From Candidatus Magasanikiibacteriota bacterium (lineage in GTDB: Bacteria; Patescibacteriota; Patescibacteriia; Magasanikbacterales; UBA922), in contig JACRPD010000025.1 in assembly GCA_016214105.1 (NCBI GenBank), forward strand, positions 1 to 32,481: DNA of 32,481 bases. The letters run 5' to 3'. The notes below the pieces were generated by a model that had not been told where the DNA came from, did no database searches, and saw nothing but the letters and a program-made list of their open reading frames with translations. A program made the position numbers and the translations under genes. Positions 8,373 through 18,303 of the stretch are shown piece by piece. Numbering within the stretch: the first letter of the stretch is position 1; every line of letters begins with the position of its first letter.

Positions 8373-10202
8373 GTGGAAATAAGAAACATCGCCATTATCG
8401 CTCACGTTGACCACGGCAAGACTCGCTTGACTGATGCTTTGATGCGTCAAACCGGCATGGTAACGGATGACAGCGTCAGCATGGATTCAAACGCTCTGGA
8501 ACAAGAGCGCGGAATTACGATTTATTCAAAAAATACTTCTATCTTCTATCCTTCGGCCATTCGGCAAGCTCATGGCTCAGGACAGGCATCAACAAAAATA
8601 AACATCGTTGACACGCCCGGCCATGCGGATTTTGGCTCGGAAGTTGAGCGGGTTTTGCGTTCCATTGATTCGGTGCTGTTAGTCGTTGACGCGCAAGAAG
8701 GGCCGATGCCGCAGACTAAATTTGTTTTGAAAAAATCTCTCGCGCTTGGCATCAAGCCGATCGTGGTGATTAATAAAATTGATAAGCCGGCCGCTCGGCC
8801 GGAATGGACGCACGAAAAAGTTTTGGAATTATTTATGGACTTGGGCGCGAATGACGAGCAGTTGGATTTTGCCACGGTTTACGCGATTGCCAAACAGGGG
8901 ATAGCGAAGCTTAATTTGCAAGATGAATCAAATGATTTGACGCCGTTATTAGAGACGATTTTAGCCAAAGTTCCGCCGGCAAAAGGAGATGTTTCATTGC
9001 CGTTTGCTTTTCAACCGTTTAATCTCGCTTATGATAATTATCTCGGCCGTTTAGGCATTGGCCGTGTGTATCAAGGCACATTGAAAGTGGCGGATAAAGT
9101 TTTTTTGAAAAAATCATCCGGTGAAATTATTCCCGGCAATATAACCAAATTGTTTACCTTTGAAGGACTTAATCGCAAAGAAGTGCCGGAAGTTATTGCC
9201 GGCGATATTGTAATGATCGCGGGTTTGCCGGATATTTATATCAGCGATACGGTTTGTATTGAAAAAGAGCAGTCTCTTTTGCCGGCGATTAAAGTTGACG
9301 AACCGACCATTTCATTGAATTTTTTAGTAAACAGCTCTCCATTTGCCGGAAAAGAAGGTAAATTTGTCACCAACCGGCAGATCAGAGAAAGACTGGAAAA
9401 AGAGTTAGAAGTGAATGTGGGTCTGAAAATTGACTTTTCAGCCGTGGATTATTACAAAGTTTTTGGCCGCGGCGAGCTTCATATCGCGATTCTTTTGGAA
9501 AATATGCGGCGCGAGGGTTTTGAAGTGCAAGTTTCCCAGCCGCAGGTTATTTTGAAAGAGATTGACGGTGTTACGAATGAGCCGTATGAAGAAGTGACGA
9601 TTGACAGTCCGCAGGAATCTTGCGGAATAATTATTGAAAAAATGGCCAAGCGCAAAGGCCAGATGAAAGAAATGTGGCCGGAACAAAACCACACTCGTTT
9701 GGTTTATGAAATTCCAACTCGCGGGCTTTTGGGTTATCGCAATGAATTTGTTACTGACACGCGCGGCGAGGGGATTTTGTGCAGTGAATTTGTCGGCTTT
9801 AAACCTCATGCAGGAGAAATTATTAAACGTTCGGTCGGCTCCATGATTTCCGGCGAAATCGGCACGGTTCTTTCTTATTCTTTGGCTAATTTGCAAGAGC
9901 GCGGGGTTTTATATGTTGGGCCGAATGTTGAAGTTTATGAGGGTCAAGTAATCGGCAACACTGCCAAGGGGCAGGATATGACGGTTAATCCGATCAAAGG
10001 CAAGCATCTTACCAATATGCGGTCTTCAAATTCTGATATTGCCATTCAGCTTATTCCGCCGATGGAATTATCGTTGGAACGCGGGTTGGAAGTGATGGCC
10101 GAAGACGAATATTTGGAAATCACACCAAAGAGTGTTCGTTTGCGAAAACAAATTTTAACCGAGACCGGCAGGGTGCAGAAGGGGAGGAAGAAGAGTGTGT
10201 AA
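8373..10202 (+). CDS. typA: Translational GTPase TypA/BipA
   Basis: IAHVDHGKT, ERGITI, DTPGHADF, NKID, GRGELH, EITPKSVRLRK; GTG start inferred. Confidence 0.97.
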   Translation: MEIRNIAIIAHVDHGKTRLTDALMRQTGMVTDDSVSMDSNALEQERGITIYSKNTSIFYPSAIRQAHGSGQASTKINIVDTPGHADFGSEVERVLRSIDSVLLVVDAQEGPMPQTKFVLKKSLALGIKPIVVINKIDKPAARPEWTHEKVLELFMDLGANDEQLDFATVYAIAKQGIAKLNLQDESNDLTPLLETILAKVPPAKGDVSLPFAFQPFNLAYDNYLGRLGIGRVYQGTLKVADKVFLKKSSGEIIPGNITKLFTFEGLNRKEVPEVIAGDIVMIAGLPDIYISDTVCIEKEQSLLPAIKVDEPTISLNFLVNSSPFAGKEGKFVTNRQIRERLEKELEVNVGLKIDFSAVDYYKVFGRGELHIAILLENMRREGFEVQVSQPQVILKEIDGVTNEPYEEVTIDSPQESCGIIIEKMAKRKGQMKEMWPEQNHTRLVYEIPTRGLLGYRNEFVTDTRGEGILCSEFVGFKPHAGEIIKRSVGSMISGEIGTVLSYSLANLQERGVLYVGPNVEVYEGQVIGNTAKGQDMTVNPIKGKHLTNMRSSNSDIAIQLIPPMELSLERGLEVMAEDEYLEITPKSVRLRKQILTETGRVQKGRKKSV

Positions 10203-10260
10203 GACGATTCATTGAACATGGAGAATGGGACATGGAAGAAACGAGCGGTGTTTGTTACAA

Positions 10261-10291
10261 AAAAACAATCGACTAAATGTCGGTTGTTTTT
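10261..10291. terminator. Bidirectional intrinsic terminator
   Basis: AAAAACAATCGAC-TAAAT-GTCGGTTGTTTTT. Confidence 0.75.
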
Positions 10292-10294
10292 ATT

Positions 10295-10365
10295 GATGAG
10301 GTTCGGTCGTTGCATTCTCTATCATTTTAAAATGCCAGAGAATGTGAAGGGACCGAACGCGCATC
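10295..10365. repeat. Long imperfect palindrome
   Basis: GTTCGGTC/GACCGAAC, CATTCTCT/AGAGAATG, CATTTT/AAAATG. Confidence 0.7.
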
Positions 10366-10380
10366 CCTCCGATGGATTAC

Positions 10381-10602
10381 CTATTTGGCAGGAGGACCGA
10401 GATTGCGAGAAAAGTACCAGTCGTCGAAGTCCGGACAGGTGAGTGGCCGGTGATTGGGCGGTTTGTTGGCGGGCTGATGATTATCATGAAACCGTAGAAC
10501 GCCGGGCAGTTCGCAACACACACCTTGTGCGTTGCAACTCGCGATGTCGCCTGTCTCATGACACTCGCAAGAACAGTTAATTGTTGAAGTTCTCGCGCAC
10601 AT
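10381..10602 (-). CDS. Small Cys-rich hypothetical protein (CxCxCH...CC)
   Basis: AGGAG 5 nt before ATG; fills an otherwise empty gap; 8 Cys in 73 aa. Confidence 0.55.
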   Translation of the reverse strand: MCARTSTINCSCECHETGDIASCNAQGVCCELPGVLRFHDNHQPANKPPNHRPLTCPDFDDWYFSRNLGPPAK

Positions 10603-10730
10603 TTTTTCTCCTTCTACGGCTGTTTGCGCCGATGGTAGTAGTTAATCATATGTAACGGTCATTGTCAATACAATATTTGACTTTGAGCTAATTTTGGCGC
10701 ATTATATATGCATTAAAAGCGCGTAAAATT

Positions 10731-11486
10731 ATGTCTCACAAAATTATCGTGATTAAAATCGGCACTAATGTTATTACCAATAATCAAGGTTTGCTGGAAG
10801 AATCTGTAATAGGTAAACTGGCAACGCAAGTCGCCGCGTTGAAGCGCAAACATTATGGCGTTATTTTGGTTACCTCCGGAGCAATGGGTGCCGGACGCTC
10901 GTTGGTCAAACCAAGTTTAAAATTAAATAAAGTGGAAACACGGCAAGTGTTGGCGGCAGTCGGGCAGATAAAATTGGCCGGTATTTATTTATCGCGTTTT
11001 CAAAAACTTGGTATTTCCTGCGCGCAGGTTTTGACTTGCAAGGAAGATTTTCGCGATAAAAAGCACTATCTCAACATGAAAAGCTGTTTAACGGCTTTGC
11101 TAAAAAGCGATTTAGTTCCAATCGTGAATGAGAATGATGTGGTGGCGGTGGAAGAATTGATGTTTACTGACAATGATGAATTGGCCGGTCAGATTGCCGC
11201 GATGGTGAAAGCCGATCGTTTAATAATTTTAACTACGGTTGACGGCGTTAAAGATAATCGAGGCCAAGTTATTAAAGAAATAAAAAAGCAAAGCGATTAT
11301 CAGCATTTTGTTACAACGGAAAAATCATCGTTCGGCCGCGGCGGCATGTCAGCCAAATGCGCCACGGCAATGCGGTCAGCGAAGCTTGGCATTAAGACGC
11401 ATATTATGAACGGTAAAATTCAGAATGGTATTTTAAAAGTTGTGGCAGGAGAAAAAATCGGCACTGTTTTTACTGTTACTCGTTAG
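10731..11486 (+). CDS. proB: Glutamate 5-kinase without PUA domain
   Basis: VIKIGT, VTSGA, AAVGQ, IVNEND, TDND, GRGGM. Confidence 0.95.
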   Translation: MSHKIIVIKIGTNVITNNQGLLEESVIGKLATQVAALKRKHYGVILVTSGAMGAGRSLVKPSLKLNKVETRQVLAAVGQIKLAGIYLSRFQKLGISCAQVLTCKEDFRDKKHYLNMKSCLTALLKSDLVPIVNENDVVAVEELMFTDNDELAGQIAAMVKADRLIILTTVDGVKDNRGQVIKEIKKQSDYQHFVTTEKSSFGRGGMSAKCATAMRSAKLGIKTHIMNGKIQNGILKVVAGEKIGTVFTVTR

Positions 11487-11515
11487 TTGATAGTTGTTAA
11501 TTGTTAGTTTTATCT

Positions 11516-12313
11516 ATGAAAAAAACTATTGGTATTATCGGCGCCGGCAATATGGGTGGCGCGATTTATCGGATTTTAAAACAAAGCCGTTTGGCGAAGC
11601 GAGTTTATATTTACGATAAGCACGCGAATAAAACTAACGCGTTGAAAGCGCGCGCGGATGTTCTGGGTTTGCAAGATTTATTAACACAGTCTGATATTAT
11701 AATTTTGGCCGTCAAACCCCAGTCATTTAAAGATTTAGCGGATGAGATTGGAGTAGAAATAAAAAATAAATTGATTGTTTCTGTCATGGCCGGCGTGTCA
11801 ACACAAACCATATCCGGCTTGTTAAAATCAAAAAAAATCATTCGCGCTATGCCTAATATGGCCGCCCGAATCGGACAAGGAGTGGTTGGTTGGTTCGCCA
11901 ACAAACCTGTTTTGAAATCTGAAAAAACTGATATCGCGCGGTTGTTGTCGGTTTTGGGCTTGGCTGTGGAAGTTAAAAAAGAGCCATTGTTGGATGTTGT
12001 GACAGCCGTGAGCGGTTCCGGTCCGGCTTATTTTTTCTATTTGTGCGGTTTATTGGAGGCACAAGCGGTTAGGTTAGGATTAGACAAAAAGAGCGCCAGG
12101 GTATTTGCCACGCAAACGTTTATTGGCAGCGCGACATTATTGAAAGTCAGTGAACAAGACGCCGGACAATTGTGTTTGTCCGTTATCTCCCGCAAAGGCA
12201 CGACTGCCGCGGCGATGGAGGTATTGAAAAAAAATGGCTTTGCCAAAATTTTTGAACGTGCGTTGTCGGCCGCTTTTAAACGCGCGCGGGAATTAAGCAA
12301 ACTGTATGAATAA
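11516..12313 (+). CDS. proC: Pyrroline-5-carboxylate reductase
   Basis: IGAGNMG, LAVKPQ, RAMPN, SGSGPAY, GTT. Confidence 0.95.
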   Translation: MKKTIGIIGAGNMGGAIYRILKQSRLAKRVYIYDKHANKTNALKARADVLGLQDLLTQSDIIILAVKPQSFKDLADEIGVEIKNKLIVSVMAGVSTQTISGLLKSKKIIRAMPNMAARIGQGVVGWFANKPVLKSEKTDIARLLSVLGLAVEVKKEPLLDVVTAVSGSGPAYFFYLCGLLEAQAVRLGLDKKSARVFATQTFIGSATLLKVSEQDAGQLCLSVISRKGTTAAAMEVLKKNGFAKIFERALSAAFKRARELSKLYE

Positions 12314-13556
12314 AATCAACAGCCAATTAAGTAAAGCGAAATTATCAGCTGTGGCTTTAGGATTAATACCTGTTAGCAAAATTAATAAAGCATTACGCGC
12401 CGTAGCAGTAGCTATTTTGCGTGAGCAAAAAGTGATTTTGTCAGCTAACAAAAAAGATTTGCTTTCAATTAACAAAGTCGATCTCCGTTATGATCGCGCC
12501 TTATTGACACCGGCAAGAATAAGCGGAATTGCCGGCCAGTTGCGCGATGTGGCTAAATTGCCATCGCCATTAAATCAGATTTTGGAACAGCGGACAATCA
12601 AGAGCGGTTTGCGTTTATCAAAAATAACCGTGCCGCTTGGCGTGGTTGGCGTGATTTATGAATCTCGGCCGAATGTTACTGTAGAAGTTTTTTCGTTATT
12701 ATTCAAGTCCGGCAATGTTTGTGTTTTGAAAGGCGGAAAAGAAGTAAACCGCACCAATACTGCGTTTATAAAAGTTATTCAAAAAGTTTTGACAGCCAAT
12801 AAAATTAATTCCGGTTGCGTCGTTCTTCTACCAAGTAATCGGACTACTGTAAATCAGTTATTGAAATCCGATAAGTATATTGATGTTTTGATTCCGCGCG
12901 GAAGCGCTGGATTGATTAAGTACGCGCGCGAAAATTCCACAATACCGGTGATAGAAACCGGCGCCGGAGTAGTGCACACGTATTTTGATAAAAGCGGTAA
13001 CGCGAAAATCGGCGCGAGGATTATTGTTAATGCCAAAACGCGCCGGCCGAGCGTTTGTAATGCTTTGGATACATTAATTATTCATAAAGCGCGATTAAAA
13101 GATTTACCGGCATTAACAGCTCCGTTGGTAAAGTTTAAAGTTAAAATTTTTGCTGATGAATCAGCTTATAAGGCGTTGAAAGGCGATTACGATGAGGACT
13201 TGTTGAAACTGGCCAGTGCCAAAGATTTTGGCCGCGAGTTTTTATCTTTACAAATGTCCATCAAAACGGTCGTGTCAGCTGAAGAGGCGATAGATTTTAT
13301 TAATCGGCACAGTTCCAAACACAGCGAAGCGATTGTCGCGCGAGATAAAAAAATCACTGAAGAGTTTTTTAATCAAGTTGATGCCGCCGCCGTGTATAGC
13401 AACACATCCACCGCGTTCACTGACGGCGGACAGTTCGGATTGGGCGCGGAAATCGGCATTAGCACGCAAAAACTGCACGCTCGCGGGCCTCTAGGATTAA
13501 AAGAGTTGACGAGCTATAAATGGGTGGTGAGAGGGGATGGACAAGTGCGCTCTTGA
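12306..13556 (+). CDS. proA: Gamma-glutamyl phosphate reductase
   Basis: [36 protein letters not shown]. Confidence 0.97.
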   Translation: MNKINSQLSKAKLSAVALGLIPVSKINKALRAVAVAILREQKVILSANKKDLLSINKVDLRYDRALLTPARISGIAGQLRDVAKLPSPLNQILEQRTIKSGLRLSKITVPLGVVGVIYESRPNVTVEVFSLLFKSGNVCVLKGGKEVNRTNTAFIKVIQKVLTANKINSGCVVLLPSNRTTVNQLLKSDKYIDVLIPRGSAGLIKYARENSTIPVIETGAGVVHTYFDKSGNAKIGARIIVNAKTRRPSVCNALDTLIIHKARLKDLPALTAPLVKFKVKIFADESAYKALKGDYDEDLLKLASAKDFGREFLSLQMSIKTVVSAEEAIDFINRHSSKHSEAIVARDKKITEEFFNQVDAAAVYSNTSTAFTDGGQFGLGAEIGISTQKLHARGPLGLKELTSYKWVVRGDGQVRS

Positions 13557-13581
13557 CAAAATCTATTCTTTGTGCTATACT
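13553..13581 (+). promoter_or_regulatory. sigma70 promoter for csp
   Basis: TTGACA-17bp-TATACT with extended TG, overlapping the proA stop. Confidence 0.75.
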
Positions 13582-13650
13582 GTTGCCATATCAGTCAGAA
13601 ACTTAGTCGACCTCTACTTGGTATATTTAATTCATAAAAAATTTTTTCCT

Positions 13651-13851
13651 ATGAAAGGTGTTATCAAAACCGTGATTGCCGAGAAGAATTTTGGCTTTAT
13701 TACTCCGGAAGACGGAAGTAAAGACATCTTCTTTCATGCCACTTCTTTGAGTGGTGTTGAATTCTCTCAATTGAAGCAGGGTGATGCTGTCAACTTTGAC
13801 GTGGAGCAGTCTGAAAAAGGACCTCGCGCCGCCAATGTGACTCTTGCCTAA
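13651..13851 (+). CDS. csp: Cold-shock protein
   Basis: RNP1 KNFGFI, RNP2 IFFH, KGPRAANV. Confidence 0.95.
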   Translation: MKGVIKTVIAEKNFGFITPEDGSKDIFFHATSLSGVEFSQLKQGDAVNFDVEQSEKGPRAANVTLA

Positions 13852-13867
13852 GACTTTACAAACGAAC

Positions 13868-13899
13868 AGGCCGCCTAATTGGCGGTCTTTTGTTTTTTT
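13868..13899 (+). terminator. Intrinsic terminator
   Basis: AGGCCGCC-TAATT-GGCGGTCT followed by a T tract. Confidence 0.8.
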
Positions 13900-13951
13900 G
13901 ATTAATTTTGATTATTATTGTATATTATACTGGATATTTAAATTGTTTTCT

Positions 13952-14539
13952 ATGCCCGGCAAAGAAGTGGTGTTTGATATTGAGACCATCGGCGACATCA
14001 AAGATTTTAACAGCCAAAAAGTTACGGTAGTGTCTGTTTATTGTTATGAGAATGATTCTTATCGTTCTTTTGAGGAATCAGAGCTCGGCAGTCTGTGGCC
14101 GATTTTGGAAAAGGCCGAGCGGATTATCGGTTTCAACAGCGAGCATTTTGATTTGCCGATTTTGAATAAATATTACGCGGGAGATTTGTTGAAGTTTCCG
14201 CATCTGGATATTTTAAAAGTGGTGAAAGAAGTTACCGGTTCGCGCTTTAAGCTGAACGATTTAGCAAAGGCGACTTTGCAGATAGAAAAAAGCGCGGACG
14301 GTCTGCAGGCGCAGAAATGGTTTGCGGAAGGGCGGCTTGATGAAATAAAGAAATATTGCGAGCAAGACGTGAGAGTAACGAAAGAATTATATGAGTATGG
14401 ACGAAAGAATCGGATGCTGTATTACGAGACTTTAACCGGAGAATTGCGGCCTTTCGCCGTAAATTTTGATTTTCAACCGTTATTTAACGCGGCGGCCCAG
14501 TCAGGTGGGAAAAATATTAATTTAACTCTGCCGTTTTGA
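13952..14539 (+). CDS. RNase H-like DEDD exonuclease domain protein (YprB-like)
   Basis: FDIET, GFNSEHFD, YCEQDV. Confidence 0.85.
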   Translation: MPGKEVVFDIETIGDIKDFNSQKVTVVSVYCYENDSYRSFEESELGSLWPILEKAERIIGFNSEHFDLPILNKYYAGDLLKFPHLDILKVVKEVTGSRFKLNDLAKATLQIEKSADGLQAQKWFAEGRLDEIKKYCEQDVRVTKELYEYGRKNRMLYYETLTGELRPFAVNFDFQPLFNAAAQSGGKNINLTLPF

Positions 14540-14630
14540 CATCTTTTCAATTTTGTTATATCATACGAAGCAGGTATTAGTTCACCGAATAAAACATGGA
14601 AATGCGTGATCCATGTTCCATTTAACGAGT

Positions 14631-14914
14631 ATGTTGCAATTCACCAAGGAAACAGACTATGGTATCCAGCTATTGCTCGCTTTGGCTAAATTAAAAGACA
14701 GGCAGGTTTTGAGTTTGCGGAAGTTTTCCGCCGCAAATAGAAAGAGGCGGTGGAAGCGATTGATGGGGAATGCGCGGTATCAAACTGTCTGCGTCCGGAG
14801 CCGGACTGTCGTTGTGTCAAAGAAAATAATTGCGGCGTAAAAAATATTTTTTGCAAAGTAAACAAACAACTTGTTAGCTATCTGCAGAGTATAAAATTGA
14901 GCGATTGCATTTAA
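14631..14914 (+). pseudogene. Rrf2/IscR family regulator with internal deletion and frameshift near 14735
   Basis: N-terminal part MLQFTKETDYGIQLL...; C-terminal part in another frame from 14741, KEAVEAIDGECAVSNCL...CRC...C...LSDCI*; recognition helix and GGY wing are absent. Confidence 0.8.
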
Positions 14915-14916
14915 TT

Positions 14917-16200
14917 ATGTTTCCACGCAAGCCAATTAAAAAGCGTTTAGTATATCTTGATCACGCCGCGACTACGCCGGTTGATTTGGCGGTCAAGAAA
15001 GCAATGGATCCGTATTTTTGTGAACATTACGCGAATCCGTCCGGTTTATACGCATCAAGCCGCGAAGTCAACTACGCCTTGAATGACGCGCGCCGAAAAG
15101 TGGCGGGAATTTTACAGGCTTTGCCGGATAATATTATTTTTACCGGCGGCGGTAGCGAGTCGGACAATTTGGCGATATTCGGCGCAGCTCATAAGCAGAG
15201 TAAGCATGGTAAGCCCTTTGGCTCCGCTCAGGGTAAACACATTATCACGACAAAAATTGAACACCATGCCGTTCTTTTGCCGATGGAACAGTTACAGAAA
15301 GAAGGTTTTGAAGTAACTTTTTTGGCTGTTGATGAACAGGGGCGTGTTACCGCTGAACAAATTAAAAAAGCCTTGCGTCCGGACACAATTTTAATTTCAA
15401 TAATGTATGCTAATAATGAAATCGGCACAATTGAACCAATCGCCGAGATCGGACGAGAAATTTTAAAATGGCGCAAGCAAAATAATACTGTCTATCCGTT
15501 TTTTCATACTGACGCTTGCCAAGCGGCCGGCGCGCTGGATTTAAATGTGGAGAAGTTGCACGTGGATTTGATGACTTTGAACGGCAGTAAAATTTATGGT
15601 CCTAAAGGCGTGGGGATTTTATTTAAGCGGCGCGGAGTGGAAATCAAACCGTTGGTTCTTGGCGGTGGCCAGGAAATGCGTTTGCGTTCCGGAACGGAAA
15701 ATGTGCCTGGAATTGTCGGTACCGCGAAGGCGCTGGATAACGCGCAAAAGAATAGTAAAAAAGAAAATTTACGGTTGCGTAAATTGCGCGATTATTTTTG
15801 GCAGGAGATTCAAAATAAAATTAAAAAAGTTCGGCTGAACGGTCCGGAGTTGGGCGATGAAACGGTACGTTTGCCCAACAATCTTAATGTGTCTATTTTG
15901 GATGTGGAAGGCGAGGCTTTGCTGTTATATTTAGACGAATATGGGATAATGTGTTCAACCGGTTCAGCCTGCACTTCGCAATCGCTGGAACCATCGCATG
16001 TTTTAACCGCTTGCGGTCTGCCCTATGAATACGCGCACGGCAGTTTGCGATTTACTTTGGGAAAATCAACAATAAAACAAGACATAGATTATGTGATGAA
16101 ATATTTGCCGGGAATAGTGGAGAGGTTGCGGGAGGTTTCGCCGGTAAATTTGACTTGCGATCCAAAAAAAAATTTACATCCGAAGTATCACCAACGATAA
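14917..16200 (+). CDS. iscS: Cysteine desulfurase
   Basis: YLDHAATT, NNEIG, HTDACQ, KIYGPKG, GGGQE, RSGTEN, STGSACTS. Confidence 0.96.
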   Translation: MFPRKPIKKRLVYLDHAATTPVDLAVKKAMDPYFCEHYANPSGLYASSREVNYALNDARRKVAGILQALPDNIIFTGGGSESDNLAIFGAAHKQSKHGKPFGSAQGKHIITTKIEHHAVLLPMEQLQKEGFEVTFLAVDEQGRVTAEQIKKALRPDTILISIMYANNEIGTIEPIAEIGREILKWRKQNNTVYPFFHTDACQAAGALDLNVEKLHVDLMTLNGSKIYGPKGVGILFKRRGVEIKPLVLGGGQEMRLRSGTENVPGIVGTAKALDNAQKNSKKENLRLRKLRDYFWQEIQNKIKKVRLNGPELGDETVRLPNNLNVSILDVEGEALLLYLDEYGIMCSTGSACTSQSLEPSHVLTACGLPYEYAHGSLRFTLGKSTIKQDIDYVMKYLPGIVERLREVSPVNLTCDPKKNLHPKYHQR

Positions 16201-16201
16201 T

Positions 16202-16672
16202 ATGTCAAACAACGAAGCAAAAATCAGAGACCGGGAGGGTAAAGCATGGCTTTACACTGACGTGGTTAAAGAACATTTTTTTAATCCTAAAAATTTATTA
16301 AAACACGGGGAAGAGAAAGACTATAAGGCCGACGCGTTAGGGCGGGTTGGCTCGCCGGCTTGCGGGGATGAAATGGTTTTGTGGTTGAAAATTGATAAGA
16401 AAAGTGAGAGAATAACTGAATGCAAGTGGCAGACTTTCGGGTGCGCCAGCGCGATTGCTTCCACTTCAATGTTGAGTGTGATGGTCTTGGAGAATGGCGG
16501 GATGACGATTGAGGAAGCGTTAAAAATCAGGCCGCAGGATATTTTAGCGCGATTGGGCGGTTTGCCGGCGCGGAAAATTCACTGTTCCGTGCTTGGCGAT
16601 CAGGCATTACGATCAGCTATAAACGATTGGTTTCAAAAGACGGGGCAACCTAAGCGCACTGTTACTGTTTAA
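16202..16672 (+). CDS. iscU: IscU/NifU N-terminal Fe-S scaffold
   Basis: SPACGD, FGCASAIAS, KIHCS. Confidence 0.92.
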   Translation: MSNNEAKIRDREGKAWLYTDVVKEHFFNPKNLLKHGEEKDYKADALGRVGSPACGDEMVLWLKIDKKSERITECKWQTFGCASAIASTSMLSVMVLENGGMTIEEALKIRPQDILARLGGLPARKIHCSVLGDQALRSAINDWFQKTGQPKRTVTV

Positions 16673-16688
16673 TACATTAAAAAATATT

Positions 16689-16874
16689 ATGAAAATCAAC
16701 ATTGACCAGGAGAAATGCATCGGTTGCGGAACGTGTGTGGCCATAGCGCCAAACACTTTTCGCATGAACGATGAAACGAACAAGGCTGAAGTTATCAATC
16801 CGCCTGGCGACAGCGAAGAAATTATCAAAATGGGCGTGGAAAGTTGTCCAACCGCGGCAATAGTCATTGAATAG
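16689..16874 (+). CDS. Mono-cluster ferredoxin
   Basis: CIGCGTC...CP. Confidence 0.92.
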   Translation: MKINIDQEKCIGCGTCVAIAPNTFRMNDETNKAEVINPPGDSEEIIKMGVESCPTAAIVIE

Positions 16875-16877
16875 TAT

Positions 16878-17543
16878 ATGGGTAACCTGTTTGTAGTTGC
16901 TACCCCCATCGGCAATTTAGGCGACATAACTCTGCGCGCGCTTGAAACACTTAAAAGCGTTGATTTTATTTTATGCGAAGACACCAGACATACGCAAAAA
17001 TTATTGAATCATTTTGAAATTAAAACACCGACGATTAGTTATCATCAACATAGTGATGAAAAGAAAGTTAGAGAGATTAAAGAGCTGCTAAGCGCGGGTA
17101 AGAATTTGTCGCTGGTTACTGATGCCGGGACTCCTGGAATTTCCGACCCAGGCAGTTGGCTCGTTCGCCAATTAACAATAGAACAATTTAACAATTTAAC
17201 AATAATACCAATACCAGGTCCATCAGCCCTAACCGCCGCGTTATCTCTGTGTGGTTTTGATACAAGTAAGTTTCTATTCCTTGGCTTCCCGCCGCACAAA
17301 GGTAGAGCGAAGTTTTTTCAAGAAATCGCGGAAGCGAAACACACGGTCGCGTTTTATGAATCATCGCACCGAATTAAAAAATGTTTGACCGAACTGTCTG
17401 GTGTTTTAAATAAACATCAACAAATTTGCGTTGGTCGCGAATTAACCAAACAATTTGAAAGCATTTACCGCGGGACGATTGAAGAGATTTTAGAAATGAA
17501 TGTGCCGGAGAAAGGGGAGTTTGTTGTTATCGTTAATAAATAA
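16878..17543 (+). CDS. rsmI: 16S rRNA C1402 2'-O-methyltransferase
   Basis: ATPIGNL, CEDTR, DAGTPGISDPG, RELTK, KGEFV. Confidence 0.96.
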   Translation: MGNLFVVATPIGNLGDITLRALETLKSVDFILCEDTRHTQKLLNHFEIKTPTISYHQHSDEKKVREIKELLSAGKNLSLVTDAGTPGISDPGSWLVRQLTIEQFNNLTIIPIPGPSALTAALSLCGFDTSKFLFLGFPPHKGRAKFFQEIAEAKHTVAFYESSHRIKKCLTELSGVLNKHQQICVGRELTKQFESIYRGTIEEILEMNVPEKGEFVVIVNK

Positions 17544-17547
17544 AAAT

Positions 17548-18207
17548 ATGGGCAATCCAGAATCTTTCAATCCATTGAAAACGGAAGAATCTTACGGTTT
17601 GATTCCAAAGTTGGGTTCAGCGGAAATAAATGGAAGACCGATGGAGTCGCCGAATGTTGCCGGTAATTTAGAAGCTGTGGATGAGCTGGCAACTATTCTT
17701 GAATCCATTGAGGATAGAACGCACAGACAAAGATTGGAGGCGATATTTAAAGGATTGATAAACGGAAGATCTGATGAGGAAATATTAGATGAGCTTGAGA
17801 GGGTAGAAGGGAAAAGAATTAACCGACCAAGGCTGCGTTCCGTCTATAGGTATTGTAGAAAAAAATATTTACGTGGTAAATTTCCAAACATACCGGCCAC
17901 TTTGGGAGAACTAAGAGAGTTTGTAAGAGGTAAAGCCACAGAGAGATCAGAGGAAAAGAGAAAGAAGCATTTGGCGCAGCTGTCAGATGAGTTGATAAGA
18001 TTAGCCGGCGAAAAACAAACCGAACAAATCAAACTGGAACAATTAATCATTGAGTATTTGCTTAGCGGAGGATCAAGAGAGTATCTGGCTAATGCGGGAT
18101 TACGCACGGATGAGGAAATATTAAAAGTAAAAGAGGCGGTACTAAATCGTTTAGGAATACCATTAGGTTTTAAAAAACAGAGAATCGTTGGTCTCTCCAG
18201 AATCTAA
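17548..18207 (+). CDS. Hypothetical charged, probably helical protein
   Basis: 219-aa ORF between rsmI and metG; no motif recognised. Confidence 0.7.
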   Translation: MGNPESFNPLKTEESYGLIPKLGSAEINGRPMESPNVAGNLEAVDELATILESIEDRTHRQRLEAIFKGLINGRSDEEILDELERVEGKRINRPRLRSVYRYCRKKYLRGKFPNIPATLGELREFVRGKATERSEEKRKKHLAQLSDELIRLAGEKQTEQIKLEQLIIEYLLSGGSREYLANAGLRTDEEILKVKEAVLNRLGIPLGFKKQRIVGLSRI

Positions 18208-18261
18208 TCCCTCATGACAGCTTGTACTGCCCGAGCAAGCGCTACAGATTCGAGAGAGACC
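18190..18261. repeat. Palindromic element overlapping the ORF end
   Basis: GGTCTCTC..GAATCT / AGATTC..GAGAGACC with inner GCTTG/CAAGC. Confidence 0.65.
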
Positions 18262-18303
18262 AAATATATTAAACAAAAAAATCTTGATTTAGTCAATTAA
18301 ATT

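Noticed and set aside
10212-10442. 76-aa + strand ORF
   Set aside because: Runs through a repeat, a terminator and a palindrome; no recognisable protein features
13537-13951. Extended N-termini of csp and the exonuclease (also typA, proC, iscS, rplM, flippase)
   Set aside because: Extensions cross promoters, terminators or upstream genes; downstream starts match the family N-termini
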